A DNA stretch of 64,000 bases. It comes from Candidatus Multivoradales bacterium (GTDB taxonomy: Bacteria; Acidobacteriota; Thermoanaerobaculia; Multivoradales; Multivoraceae). The position numbers and the translations under genes were made by a program. The stretch is from the NCBI GenBank assembly GCA_965223325.1, contig CBDCWI010000002.1, forward strand, positions 3,552,001 to 3,616,000, written 5' to 3'. Positions within the stretch are counted from its first letter, which is position 1. Every line of letters begins with the position of its first letter. Shown one piece after another: positions 35,688 through 47,220 of the stretch. The notes below the pieces were generated by a model. That model was given only the letters and a program-made list of their open reading frames with translations. It was not told the origin of the DNA and ran no database searches.

Positions 35688-37787
35688 TCAGAGCCCGAGG
35701 ATTCGCTCGTCGCCGCCAGCCAGGGTACGCACCAGCTCTTCGCGGAAGTAGTCGGTTCCCTCGAGGACGCGCGGGTCGATGCGCTCTTCGTAGGTTTCGC
35801 GCGAACGGTCGATGTATTCCCGCAACTGCGCGTAGATGTTTCCGGCCCGTCGTGCCGTGTCGACCTGCTCCTGATTGTAGAGCTTGATCTCGCTCACGAG
35901 CAGTCGAGCAAGGCGCCGCGCTTCGTCGTGCATTGCTTCGCCGGCGGCGGCGTCGGTTCGAAATGCGCTACCTGGCCCGACGACGTCGGGCGGAGGTTCC
36001 ACCTGGTTGCCCTCCGCCGCCTGAGCTGGTTCTGGGGGTGGTGGCGGTGGTGAGGCAAGAGCCGAGGCGGCCTCGGTGTCGTCGGCGGTGATCACCCGGG
36101 TTGCGAGAGCGTCAGGCGGTGGCGGTGCCGGTTCTGCAATTGCTGGGGAGGCGGCAGGGGGCTCGACGGGCGTATTCGCCATGATGTCGATCGGTGGTGG
36201 CGGGGGCTCGACCTCGCCGCTGGGGATGACGGTGGTCGCCGCGGACTCGACCAGGGCCGCCGCTTCCCCGGGCTGCATGCGCACGGTTTCGCGCGGGTCC
36301 CGTGCCAGAGGTTCGACCGTAAACCCGGCCTGGCGTTCACCCGCAGTGAGCTCTGGCCCGTCGACGTCGGCTTCGGGCTCCAGGTTGCCAGGCCCTGCCT
36401 CTTCGGCCACCGCGAGGGGGGCGGTCGGAATCTGGGGGTTGAGCGGATCGAGGCTCGCAGCGTGGCCCGGGTCCAGCACGTCGACGATGCCGGTCTCCAG
36501 TTCATCAGGATCGACCTCACCGGGTTCCGGCGCCATCTCGAGAGGTGGCTCGGGCTCCGACGGTTCTGTCAGCTCGATGGCCTCTCCAGCGTCCAGAGGT
36601 TCCATCGCCTCGGGCTCGTCCTCGGCTAGCTCGATCGGCTGGTCGGCCTCTGGCTCGGACCAGGTCGTCTCGGATTCGTCCTGGTCCTGGTCAACCGCGT
36701 CGGCCGCGCCATCTAGGACTTCGGCTGCTGCGCTTTCCTCGCTTGCCTCGTCGGCAGGTGGTAGCTCGAACGCTGCTTCGGCGGTGGACTCTTCTTCATC
36801 GCGTTCTTCGTCGTGCGGTCGACGGAAAGCGAGCGCCGCGCCTCCGGCTGCGGCTGTAGAACCCAGAGCCAGGGCACCGCTTGCCCCGTCTGAGTCGTCG
36901 TGGGCATCCTGTTCGAGATCTACTTCTTCGATCTCGGGTTCCGGGACGGGTTCGGGTTCGCGGCGCATCAGGCCAGGGGACACGCGAAGACTCGGCGACC
37001 GCTTCTGGTCCAACTGATCGAGGGCGCGGGCGGTGGCCCAGCAAAGGATCTGCAGTGCTTCGAGAGAGAAGTCGGGTGCGTCGGCAAGACGGTCGGCATA
37101 GAGAACCGCGGGCACGTCCGAGCCGAGAGCGATCGGCACCAGGGCTCCCTCCACCGGCAAGTCGGCGTCGACTACGTCACAGAGTTCGGCGCACTGTCGG
37201 CCGTCGAGTACGTGCGCGGCGGCCGCACACGCCGCCCAGGCCGGGTCGTCTGGCAGGTCGATCTCGAGGCCCTCGAGGGCCGAGCCAGCGCCCTGGAAGC
37301 CGAGGCTGGCCCAGGAGCGGAAGCCGTCGTCGCGGCGCAAGAGGAGAACCGCGCGGGAAGCAAAGCCAGTCGATTGCTCGACGAGCCTGGCGAGCAACTC
37401 AGCTTGGCTGTCCGCTTCGTCGAGTTCGGCGATCGCGGCTCGCAGCTCTTCGAGACTCTCGCTGGCCTGGCCCAGAGAGCTGTGCTCCTCCGAGGTGCGC
37501 ATGGCGCCGCTAGCAGCGGCCGTCGCTGCCGCAGCGGTTGCCGCAGCTGCCGCAGCGGCGACGGCAGCTTCGGTCTTGCCTTGCTCTTCTGTGCGCGCCG
37601 CCTCAGCCGCCTCTTCTGACGCCTCGCGAACGGTGTCTTCGATCATCCCCTCGACGCGTTCGGGGATCGAAGAAAGAAGGGTCTCGAACTCCGAGCGGCT
37701 GCGCTCATAGCGCTCTTCCATCTCTTGGCGCATGGTCTCGATCAGACGCGCGACGCGTTCGTTCAGGGGCTGGTCAGAAGTCGGCAT
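35688..37787 (-). CDS. Hypothetical protein: N-terminal coiled coil, GAF-like domain, long acidic/Pro-rich linker and conserved helical C-terminal domain
   Basis: GAF-like RAVLLL..ALVPIALG..AVLYAD; ~300 aa E/D/P/A-rich region; C-terminal DEARRLARLLVSEIKLYN..IDRSR..Y..DYF.EELVRTLA. Confidence 0.75.
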   Translation of the reverse strand: MPTSDQPLNERVARLIETMRQEMEERYERSRSEFETLLSSIPERVEGMIEDTVREASEEAAEAARTEEQGKTEAAVAAAAAAATAAAATAAASGAMRTSEEHSSLGQASESLEELRAAIAELDEADSQAELLARLVEQSTGFASRAVLLLRRDDGFRSWASLGFQGAGSALEGLEIDLPDDPAWAACAAAAHVLDGRQCAELCDVVDADLPVEGALVPIALGSDVPAVLYADRLADAPDFSLEALQILCWATARALDQLDQKRSPSLRVSPGLMRREPEPVPEPEIEEVDLEQDAHDDSDGASGALALGSTAAAGGAALAFRRPHDEERDEEESTAEAAFELPPADEASEESAAAEVLDGAADAVDQDQDESETTWSEPEADQPIELAEDEPEAMEPLDAGEAIELTEPSEPEPPLEMAPEPGEVDPDELETGIVDVLDPGHAASLDPLNPQIPTAPLAVAEEAGPGNLEPEADVDGPELTAGERQAGFTVEPLARDPRETVRMQPGEAAALVESAATTVIPSGEVEPPPPPIDIMANTPVEPPAASPAIAEPAPPPPDALATRVITADDTEAASALASPPPPPPEPAQAAEGNQVEPPPDVVGPGSAFRTDAAAGEAMHDEARRLARLLVSEIKLYNQEQVDTARRAGNIYAQLREYIDRSRETYEERIDPRVLEGTDYFREELVRTLAGGDERILGL

Positions 37788-38154
37788 GTGAGCCCTCCGA
37801 CGGGTGTCGTAGAAGAGATGTTCGGGCGTAGAGGGGTAGTGGGGAGCGAGGGGCCAGCCGAGAAGGGGCTGGCCTTGGCAGCGAATGCCAGAAGAACGAG
37901 TATTCTCGAAAAATCGATGCCCTGCTGTCAAGCCGTTGAGCGAGCAAAAGATAGCCAGTCAGCAGGTCGTGCCGCGCCCCCCTGAGGGAGCCGGAAGAGC
38001 CCGTTCTTCGCTGGCTGATCGCCGGATCGAGGTGGCGCGTCGCCTGCGCTATAGTTCCGACCTCATTACCGAGTGCGAGCAACATATCCCGGAGCCTCTG
38101 CCGGCTCTCCTCCATCCGTTTCGAGCGGTTTGGGTTCCGGAGGAGGATCTTCCT

Positions 38155-38958
38155 ATGCGTCTTACCCGTTGGGCACTTCCGGGTACACGGTCTCTGGCTT
38201 CGGCCAGAGCCACCCTCATCGGCCTGGCCGTGGCCAGTCTCCTGGTCGCAGCCTGCGGCCCCAGCGAAGAGGAGGTGGCAGCTCAGGCACGGGCCGACAA
38301 GTGGCAGCAGCTGCAGGACATGGAGGGCGCTCTCGAGGCCAAGCGCCAGGAGCTGGCGGCGGTGCGCGAGCAGATCTCCGCTGCGGCTGAGGCGGCCGAC
38401 GAGGCCGTCGACGCCACCGCGCTCGAAGAACAAGCAACTGGTCTGGCCGCCGAGATCCAGGACGCCTCCGACGCCCTGATGCCCGAGCTGGTCAATTTCA
38501 TCAACGACAGCAACGCGGCCGTCGGCGAGGTCCCCCAGGAGCTGCAGGCGGCCCTCCGCATGAAGTCCGACCTCGACATCGACTTCGCAGAGCAGTACGT
38601 CAGCGAGGGCGGAGACTACCGCCGCGCGGTCGAAATCCTCGAGAACGCCCAGCAGTACGATCCGGACTACGGCAAGCTAGACGAGCTGATCGCCTACTAC
38701 CAGGATTGGCGCTACGTCCGCGAGCCGCGTTTTGCCGAGATCAAGAATGGCATGACACAGCCCGAAGTCGAAGAGATACTCGGCAAGGTCCACCATCGCA
38801 ACCAGCGCGAGTATGAGGATCAGGGTGTAGTTGCGTGGTTCTACCCCAAAGATCCGGCAGAGGCCGGTGAGGGCGCGCCGGCTTCGGCGATCTACTTCAA
38901 CCAGAAGCGAGGCGTCTGGAAGGTCTACAAGAAGGACTGGGAAGTCAAGACGCAATAG
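38155..38958 (+). CDS. Lipoprotein with coiled coil, TPR-like helix pair and SmpA/BamE-like C-terminal domain
   Basis: GGAGG RBS; lipobox LVAAC; FAEIKNGMTQPEVEEILG..WFY motif. Confidence 0.75.
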   Translation: MRLTRWALPGTRSLASARATLIGLAVASLLVAACGPSEEEVAAQARADKWQQLQDMEGALEAKRQELAAVREQISAAAEAADEAVDATALEEQATGLAAEIQDASDALMPELVNFINDSNAAVGEVPQELQAALRMKSDLDIDFAEQYVSEGGDYRRAVEILENAQQYDPDYGKLDELIAYYQDWRYVREPRFAEIKNGMTQPEVEEILGKVHHRNQREYEDQGVVAWFYPKDPAEAGEGAPASAIYFNQKRGVWKVYKKDWEVKTQ

Positions 38959-39214
38959 TTCAGGAAGGCAGTTCTGGGAGTCGGTTCTCCACCAGGAGAC
39001 CCCCCGGGTCGAGCGTCTGCCTCGCATCGTCTGGGGCGGGCTGGGCCGCTGGGAGAGGGTCTCCACGTCCGTTGCGATATAGTCGTTGGCTCGTGCGCCG
39101 ACCCGGAGCGAGAGATACGGGTCCCGCGGCGCGTAGAGCGGACAGCACCGTGGCTGTTCAGAAGCCGGGACGGCAGATGCTCGCTCCCCGGCTAACCCCC
39201 CTTAACCGGTAGAT

Positions 39215-39238
39215 CGCTCAAAGTGACGCTCAAAGTGA
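39215..39238. repeat. Perfect 12-bp tandem duplication (CGCTCAAAGTGA x2) abutting the rpsU RBS
   Basis: CGCTCAAAGTGACGCTCAAAGTGA followed by GGTGA. Confidence 0.85.
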
Positions 39239-39253
39239 GGTGATTAGACACCG

Positions 39254-39463
39254 ATGCCCGCAGTCAACGTCCGCGACGACGAAAACTTCGAAGCCGCTCT
39301 CCGGCGCTTCAAGCGCAAGTGTGAGAAGGAGGGAATCCTCACGGAACTCCGCAAACGGCAGCACTTCGAGAAGCCCTCTGTGAAGCGCAAGCGTAAGCAG
39401 GTCCAGGCCGAGAAGAAGATGCTTCGCAAGCTCGCGGAAGACCGCCGACAGGGCCTCGCCTGA
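39254..39463 (+). CDS. rpsU: 30S ribosomal protein S21
   Basis: ENFEAALRRFKRKCEKEGIL..HFEKPSVKRKRK. Confidence 0.97.
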   Translation: MPAVNVRDDENFEAALRRFKRKCEKEGILTELRKRQHFEKPSVKRKRKQVQAEKKMLRKLAEDRRQGLA

Positions 39464-39493
39464 CCAGGCGACGCCCAGGCGCTCAATGAGAAC

Positions 39494-39523
39494 GGGAGTG
39501 GTTTCGGCCACTCCCTTCTTTTT
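39494..39523 (+). terminator. Intrinsic terminator after rpsU
   Basis: Stem GGGAGTGGT, TTCG loop, GCCACTCCC, then TTCTTTTT. Confidence 0.85.
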
Positions 39524-39579
39524 GGGTATCGCGCCCCGTTCTCGTCCGCTCCGTCAAAGCCCTTTTTCGAGGTTCGATC

Positions 39580-42150
39580 GTGGCCGCAGCACAAGAAGAG
39601 CACCGGGACAGCCGCCCGATCTGTTCGAGCGCGAGCCGTACGGCGCTCGAGCTCGATGCCCTGCTCGAGGTCGTCGCCCAACTGGCCGCCAGCGACCTGG
39701 GAGCGGCGCGGGTGCGCGCGCTCAGCCCTGCCAGTGACCTCGAAGAGGTCGAGCATCGCCACGCGCTGGTGGGCGAGGTGGCTTCGTTGTCTTCCGACGG
39801 CCGACTCGTCGCCGGCATCGAAGAACCCATTGAGCCGCTTTTGGCTTCGGTGCGGCCCGCGATCGACGAGGGTCGCGAGGAGAGCGAGGCCGACGATGGA
39901 ACTGCTAGCGCCGCGCTCCGGCCGAGTCTCGGCGGTCGCGAAATGCTGCTCCTGGCGCGGGCCCTCGCCGAAGTGCTCGCGGCAGGCGAGCGCGTCGAGC
40001 GCCATGCCGAACGCAGTCCGCTACTTGCCGAGCGGGTCGAAGCGGCGAGAACCGCGGGTGATCCGTCTCCGTTCGTAGAACGCGTCGCCGAGGTCCTGGG
40101 CCCGGATGGCGAGGTGCGCGACGATGCGTCGCCACTCCTCCAGTCGCTGCGCAGCGCGGTGCGCTCGCGTCGCGAGCAGGTCTACGAAGCTCTCGGTCGC
40201 TATGCCACGACGCATCGCGACGAGCTCGCCGAAGAAACCCTGAGTTTGCGCGACGGTCGCCTGACCGTGTTGCTGCCGTCTGGGTCGCGTGGTCGACTCC
40301 CCGGCCTGATCCACGGCCGCTCGGGCACCGGGCGTAGCTTCTACTTCGAGCCCCTCGAGACCGTCGAGGCGAACAACGACCTGCAACAGGCGGTCGATGA
40401 CGAGGGGGCCGAGCGCCGCCGTCTGATGGGCGAGTTGCGTGATCTTCTCGACCGGGGCCATGCCGGGATCTACGCCTGGCTGGTGTTGCTCGGTGAACTC
40501 GATGCGCTGGCCGCGATCCACCGGTTCGGCGAACGTTCTCGGGGGCGTTTGGCGGAGCTTGCACCGCGCGGCGCCCTGCGGCTGGTCGGCGCGCGACATC
40601 CGCTGCTCCTGCCGGCGCTCGAAGTCGAACGCCTTGCTGCACTCGGCAACGCCGGCCACACTGGCGACGTGGTGCCGCTCGACCTGGCGCTCGGTGAACC
40701 GCGGGCGCTGGTGATCACCGGGCCCAACGCTGGCGGCAAGACCGTGGCGCTCAAGACGCTGGGCCTTCTGGCGATGGCCAACCAGTGCGGGCTCCCCGTT
40801 CCGGTCGAGGCCGGCACGAGGCTTCCGGCCTTCGAGAAGGTGGTCGCGGTGGTTGGTGACGATCAGGACCTGTTGATGAATCGGTCAACCTTCAGCGGTC
40901 GCCTGTTGCGCCTGCAGGAAGCCTGGGACAGAGCGGGACCTGACAGTTTGATTCTGCTCGATGAGATCGGCTCCGGCACCAACCCCGAGGAGGGCGCCGC
41001 GCTCTCGATCGCCCTCCTCGAAGGCATCTGCGAGAAGGGCGCGCTGGCGATTCTGGTGACCCACCTGACCCAACTGGCCTCGGCCGCCCTCGAGCTTCCT
41101 GCGGCCGGTTGTGCAGCGATGGAGTTCGACAGCGAGTCGGCGCTACCCACCTTTCGCCTACGGGTCGGCCCCCCGGGTGGGAGTGAGGCGCTCGCGCTCG
41201 GACGCCGCCTGGGGCTCTCCGAGCGGTGGCTCGCGCGGGCCGATGCCCTTTTAGGGAGCGAGCATCGGGAGCTCCGCGGGTTGCTGCGCGAAGTCGAACG
41301 GTCACGGGACGAATCGCGCGCCCTCGAGGAACAACATCGAGCCGCGCTCCTCGACCAGGAGAAGCTCAATCAGCGCCTGGCCGATGAACACAACGAGGCC
41401 AGAAAGCAGAAGGCTGAGCTACGCGGGCGCGTGCAGGCAAGCCTCACGACTCTTCGACAGGAGGTGCGTAGACGTCTCGACGAGGAGAGTGTGCGACTGG
41501 CCGAGGGGGCCAGGGCGAGCGCCGCCGAGCGGCAGATCAAGGCACCGAAAGCGTCTCGCTCGAGGGCGAAGGTGGCCGAGTCGGTCGCGCGGGTGCTCGA
41601 CGTTCCCGAAGTTTCGGAGCTCGAGGTCTTGACCGAACCCGAAGAGCCGGAGGCACCCGCCCGCCCGCCCGAGGTTGGCGATTCAGTGCGACACGTGAGC
41701 CTGGGTTGGTGCGGAACACTCGAGAAAATCGACGGCGACCGCGCGACCGTGATGGCCGGCGGTAAAACCGTTCGCTGTCGCCTCGAGGAACTGGCTCTCG
41801 ACGGACAGCCCGGGGCGCCACTGCGGGGCTCGGTGAGAACGGCGAGCGCGCGGCCGAAGCGGGCGGCCGGCCACAAGAGCCGCGACTCCTCTTCCACCGA
41901 GGCCCCGTCGGAGCTCAAGCTGTTGGGAAAGCGCGTCGACCCGGCGCTGGACGAGCTCGACGGCTGGCTCGATCGTGCAATGTTGGCTGGCATGGAGCGC
42001 GGCCGGGTGGTGCACGGGTTCGGCACCGGTGCGCTGCGTAGAGCAGTGCGCGAACACCTGCGCGGCCACCATGCGGTCAAGAGCTTCGAGCGTGCACCGC
42101 AGAATCAGGGCGGCGACGGCGCCACCCTGGTGACCTTTCGAGACATCTAA
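39580..42150 (+). CDS. mutS2: MutS2 (ATPase, KOW and Smr domains)
   Basis: ARHPLL, ITGPNAGGKT, STFSG, LLDEIGSGTNP, THL; Smr VVHGFGTGALR..GGDGAT; no mismatch-binding domain. Confidence 0.92.
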   Translation: MAAAQEEHRDSRPICSSASRTALELDALLEVVAQLAASDLGAARVRALSPASDLEEVEHRHALVGEVASLSSDGRLVAGIEEPIEPLLASVRPAIDEGREESEADDGTASAALRPSLGGREMLLLARALAEVLAAGERVERHAERSPLLAERVEAARTAGDPSPFVERVAEVLGPDGEVRDDASPLLQSLRSAVRSRREQVYEALGRYATTHRDELAEETLSLRDGRLTVLLPSGSRGRLPGLIHGRSGTGRSFYFEPLETVEANNDLQQAVDDEGAERRRLMGELRDLLDRGHAGIYAWLVLLGELDALAAIHRFGERSRGRLAELAPRGALRLVGARHPLLLPALEVERLAALGNAGHTGDVVPLDLALGEPRALVITGPNAGGKTVALKTLGLLAMANQCGLPVPVEAGTRLPAFEKVVAVVGDDQDLLMNRSTFSGRLLRLQEAWDRAGPDSLILLDEIGSGTNPEEGAALSIALLEGICEKGALAILVTHLTQLASAALELPAAGCAAMEFDSESALPTFRLRVGPPGGSEALALGRRLGLSERWLARADALLGSEHRELRGLLREVERSRDESRALEEQHRAALLDQEKLNQRLADEHNEARKQKAELRGRVQASLTTLRQEVRRRLDEESVRLAEGARASAAERQIKAPKASRSRAKVAESVARVLDVPEVSELEVLTEPEEPEAPARPPEVGDSVRHVSLGWCGTLEKIDGDRATVMAGGKTVRCRLEELALDGQPGAPLRGSVRTASARPKRAAGHKSRDSSSTEAPSELKLLGKRVDPALDELDGWLDRAMLAGMERGRVVHGFGTGALRRAVREHLRGHHAVKSFERAPQNQGGDGATLVTFRDI

Positions 42151-42279
42151 GGGGCCCGCGTTGGCGGGCGGGCCCTGGTTCCATGCGCGGCACGGCGCTG
42201 CTACGGTTGACGTTTCCCCGTTGTCTTCCCTGAACCGCCGCTCCTCGTGAGCTGCGCCTTTCGGAAACCCGTTGCTTTG

Positions 42280-44103
42280 ATGAACGATCCGATCGACTGG
42301 ACCGAAGGCTTCAAGCAGGCCGTTCGCGATGCGATCGATATCGCCGACCTCGCCAAAGACCTGACGCGCCTCGAAGAGCGCGGCGGCCGCTGGGTCGGTC
42401 TGTGTCCGTTTCACGAAGAGAAGACGCCGTCGTTCAGCGTCGATCCCGAGAAGGGGCTCTACTATTGCCACGGTTGTGGAGCGGGCGGCGACGCCATCAA
42501 GTTCCATATGGAAACCACCGGCGAAGACTTCAAGGAAGCGATGGAGTCGCTTGCCGGGCGCTACGGCATCCCCATTCCGCGTCGCAATCCAAAGAGCAAG
42601 GCCGAGATCGATCTGGCAAGGGCGCTCACCGAGGCACAGAAGTTCTTTGTACGCGAAATGGGGCGGTCGCGGCTGGCGACGACCTATCTCGAGCAGCGAG
42701 AGATCACGACCGACTTGATCGAGACCTACGGGGTGGGGTTTGCCCCCGACGAGTGGCAGCAGCTCACCGAAGAGCTGCAGAAGAACGTGCCGCTCGAAGC
42801 GCTGATCGGGTCTGGTCTGGTGGGACGATCGAAGAAGTCGGGGCGCCCCTACGACCGTTTTCGCAATCGACTGATGTTTCCCATTCACGATCCAGGTGGC
42901 CGCCTGGTGGGATTCGGTGGCCGCACGTTGGGCGACGACAAGGCGAAGTACGTGAACACTTCGGAGACCGTGGCCTTTCGAAAGAAGCACCTTCTGTACG
43001 GTTTCCACCGGGCCCGCCCCGAGGCCCGCAAGGCTGGCCAGATCGTTCTAGTCGAGGGCTACTTCGACGTCCTGGGGGCGGTCGCTTCGGGTGTCACCAA
43101 TGTCGTCGCCAGTATGGGCACCGCACTCACCGGGCAGCAAGTCGGTCTGCTCGAGCGCCTCGCTCCCGTTGTCGTCATCGGCTACGACGGCGACCGCGCC
43201 GGCAACGAGGCCTGCCGCAAGGTTCTAGGCCCTCTACTCGCGCGCGGCCTCGTCGTTCGACGGGCGCGCTTTCCCGCGGGACAGGATCCCGACTCGCTGC
43301 GGCTCGAAGAAGGCCCTGAAGCAGTGCGCGAGGCGGTCACAGAGGCGCCCGATGCCCTCGAACTCGAAATCGACCAGTTGCCCGCCGACGTCGCCAACGA
43401 TCCGCCGCGTGCTGCTGCAGCTGCTCTCGAGGTGCGCCAGCTCCTGCGTCCGGTTCGCGACGACGTCCTGCGCTACGGCTGGACCCGGCGCGCCGCCGAA
43501 CGCCTCGGCCTTCCCGAGGACGTTCTTCGCAAGAGCGTTGAACAAGTTGACGATGGTTCCGAGGGGCGCCCGGCGATGAGCGATTCGCGGGTCCGGCGCC
43601 GACCGCGCATGGAGGCCGAGATCGTTTCTCTCGAGGAGGGCGTGTTGCTCCAGTTCCTACGCCTCGACGAAGCGGGGCTCGAGCATCCGCCGACAGAGCT
43701 TCTCCCGCCGGCCGGGGCGTTCCTCAAAGAAGGCTGGAGAAAGCTCTACGAGGTCTACCTGGACCTGCGCCAGTCACAACCGGCGAGAGACTTGGGTTAC
43801 GCCGAGGAACTCAACCGCCGATCCCAGGAACGCCGGGCCGGTGGCCCAGACATTGACCTCACCGCGCGCCTTTTGCGAGAATCCTCGACTCACCTCAATG
43901 AGTCACAGCTTCGCCGCGACCTGGGCGAGCTCTCGGCGCGCTTTAGGAAGCGCCGCCGTCAGGAGCTTGCACGGGCCATGGCGGAGGCCCAGCGAGAAGG
44001 GGACCAGGACCGTCTCGACCATCTGGTCGAGGAAATCACGGCTCTCAGGCGCCCCCTCCCGCCGTCCGAGGATTCTGGTGTGGAGAGTCAGGGAGAGGGA
44101 TAG
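42280..44103 (+). CDS. dnaG: DNA primase
   Basis: CPFHEEKTPSF..CHGCG, DRFRNRLMFPI, GFGGR, KYVNT, VEGYFDV, YDGDRAG, DPD. Confidence 0.96.
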   Translation: MNDPIDWTEGFKQAVRDAIDIADLAKDLTRLEERGGRWVGLCPFHEEKTPSFSVDPEKGLYYCHGCGAGGDAIKFHMETTGEDFKEAMESLAGRYGIPIPRRNPKSKAEIDLARALTEAQKFFVREMGRSRLATTYLEQREITTDLIETYGVGFAPDEWQQLTEELQKNVPLEALIGSGLVGRSKKSGRPYDRFRNRLMFPIHDPGGRLVGFGGRTLGDDKAKYVNTSETVAFRKKHLLYGFHRARPEARKAGQIVLVEGYFDVLGAVASGVTNVVASMGTALTGQQVGLLERLAPVVVIGYDGDRAGNEACRKVLGPLLARGLVVRRARFPAGQDPDSLRLEEGPEAVREAVTEAPDALELEIDQLPADVANDPPRAAAAALEVRQLLRPVRDDVLRYGWTRRAAERLGLPEDVLRKSVEQVDDGSEGRPAMSDSRVRRRPRMEAEIVSLEEGVLLQFLRLDEAGLEHPPTELLPPAGAFLKEGWRKLYEVYLDLRQSQPARDLGYAEELNRRSQERRAGGPDIDLTARLLRESSTHLNESQLRRDLGELSARFRKRRRQELARAMAEAQREGDQDRLDHLVEEITALRRPLPPSEDSGVESQGEG

Positions 44104-44166
44104 AAGGAATCCAGTGGCGCCGCGGTCCCAACGCAGCGCCCAAGCTAGCGAGGTTCGAATCTAGAT

Positions 44167-45870
<1,704 letters not shown>

Positions 45871-45923
45871 CCGGGGGGCTCGGAAGCGCGAGGAGCGAGG
45901 CAGCTGATCCAGCCTCACCTCGA

Positions 45924-45952
45924 TTGACAGAACACGCCCGACGTCATACCGT
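45924..45952 (+). promoter_or_regulatory. Sigma70-type promoter for tRNA-Asn
   Basis: TTGACA, 17-bp spacer, TACCGT; ~40 bp upstream of the tRNA. Confidence 0.65.
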
Positions 45953-45994
45953 ATCGGCCGCTCCTTCACCGGAGCGACAGGTAGAGAAGTCCGT

Positions 45995-46069
45995 TCCTCG
46001 GTAGCTCAATGGTAGAGCATTCGGCTGTTAACCGAAGGGTTGGGGGTTCAAGTCCCTCCCGAGGAGCCA
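45995..46069 (+). tRNA. tRNA-Asn (GTT)
   Basis: TCCTCGGTAGCTCAATGGTAGAGCATTCGGCTGTTAACCGAAGGGTTGGGGGTTCAAGTCCCTCCCGAGGAGCCA; cloverleaf with encoded CCA. Confidence 0.96.
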
Positions 46070-46107
46070 TCCTCCCTGCACCGTCCTCGAAGGACCGTGC
46101 TTTCGCT

Positions 46108-47220
46108 TCACCGGCGACCCAGGGCGCGTTCATAGAGTTGTTCGTGCTGTTCGACTTCACGCTCGATCGAGTAGGCACTCTCGATGCGCTGGCGCGCCCT
46201 CTGGCCAATCTCGGCGCGATGCTTCGGGTTCGAGGCCAGTGCGGCGAGGTGTGCGGCGAGCGCCTGGTGATCGCCGAAAGGAAAGAGCAACGCGTGGCCG
46301 TCGCCAGCGATGTCCTGGCAGCCGCCAACCTCGGTGGTGATGCAGGCTTTTCCTGCGGCCATCGCTTCGAGGAGGGCAACCGGACTGCCTTCGGACTCAC
46401 TGGCAAGGACGGCGATGTCACATTCGGCGAGCAGTGCCGGAACGTTGGTGACCTTGCCGAGAAAGTACACTCGCGAGGCCAGGCCGAGCTCTTCGACCAG
46501 GGACCGCAAAGCCGTGACGTAGTCCTCGTCGGTGACAGATCCGGCGAGCAGTAGATGGACGCCGGGAACTTCGGCCAGCGCTCTCAAGATGGTCGGATGG
46601 TCTTTGCGCGGCAGAAGCTGGGCAACAGAAACACAGACCACTGCCTCGTCTGGTATTCCTCGCGGCCGCCTGAAGTTCTCATAAAGCCGCTCGGCGGGCC
46701 GGTAGCGGTCCGTTTCGACTCCGCGCTCGAGAAGGGTGGTCTTTTGAGCGAGTGTGCGAGCGCTGAAGAAGCGCTCGAGCATGACGCGGTTCTGGGCGGC
46801 GATCGCGGTGGCAAGGCTAGAACGCAGAGTCCAGGCGTTCGAGCCCCAGCTCATGTTCTTCTTGGTGAACACCCAGGCACGAGCACCGGCGGCACGGGCG
46901 ATCAGGGGCTCGGTGTAGTCGTCGGCATAGTGGAAGGAGTGCCAGAGGTCGAAGCCGTGGTTCTTGAAACTCTGGGCGCCCTGGCGCACTCGCAGCGGCA
47001 GAGTCAGGTAGGGCCTGGCGGCGACCGTGGTTGGAGAAACCAGGAGCGGGATGTCCAGTTCACGAACGAAGTTGCAGAGGGTTCCACCCCGGCGGCTGAC
47101 ACAGATCGTCGGAGAGAAGCGCTCGCGATCGAGTCGGCGCGCGATGTTGAGCATCGCCCAGCCGGAACCGGCGGTATCGAAGTTCGGAATCGTGAAAAGG
47201 ATTCTGGCGGGGGCGGTCAT
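46108..47220 (-). CDS. Glycosyltransferase family 4 (GT-B)
   Basis: VAQLLPRKDH, VYFLG, SESEGSPVALLEAMAAGK; coupled to the asnB stop. Confidence 0.9.
   Translation of the reverse strand: MTAPARILFTIPNFDTAGSGWAMLNIARRLDRERFSPTICVSRRGGTLCNFVRELDIPLLVSPTTVAARPYLTLPLRVRQGAQSFKNHGFDLWHSFHYADDYTEPLIARAAGARAWVFTKKNMSWGSNAWTLRSSLATAIAAQNRVMLERFFSARTLAQKTTLLERGVETDRYRPAERLYENFRRPRGIPDEAVVCVSVAQLLPRKDHPTILRALAEVPGVHLLLAGSVTDEDYVTALRSLVEELGLASRVYFLGKVTNVPALLAECDIAVLASESEGSPVALLEAMAAGKACITTEVGGCQDIAGDGHALLFPFGDHQALAAHLAALASNPKHRAEIGQRARQRIESAYSIEREVEQHEQLYERALGRR

Noticed and set aside
37510-37570. GCN-rich quasi-repeat
   Set aside because: Encodes a poly-Ala tract in the minus-strand protein; low complexity only
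38995-39064. GGAGACCC/GGGTCTCC inverted repeat after the lipoprotein gene
   Set aside because: Only an 8-bp GC stem with a long loop, no U-tract, and no second copy in the window
41683-43008. 441-aa minus-strand ORF and many other long shadow ORFs
   Set aside because: Antisense to clear genes (mutS2/dnaG etc.); expected in high-GC DNA with few stop codons
45966-46554. ORFs overlapping tRNA-Asn and antisense to GT4; likewise the N-terminal extension of the 34671-35642 ORF over tRNA-Ile2
   Set aside because: They translate tRNA or antisense sequence; the real starts are downstream
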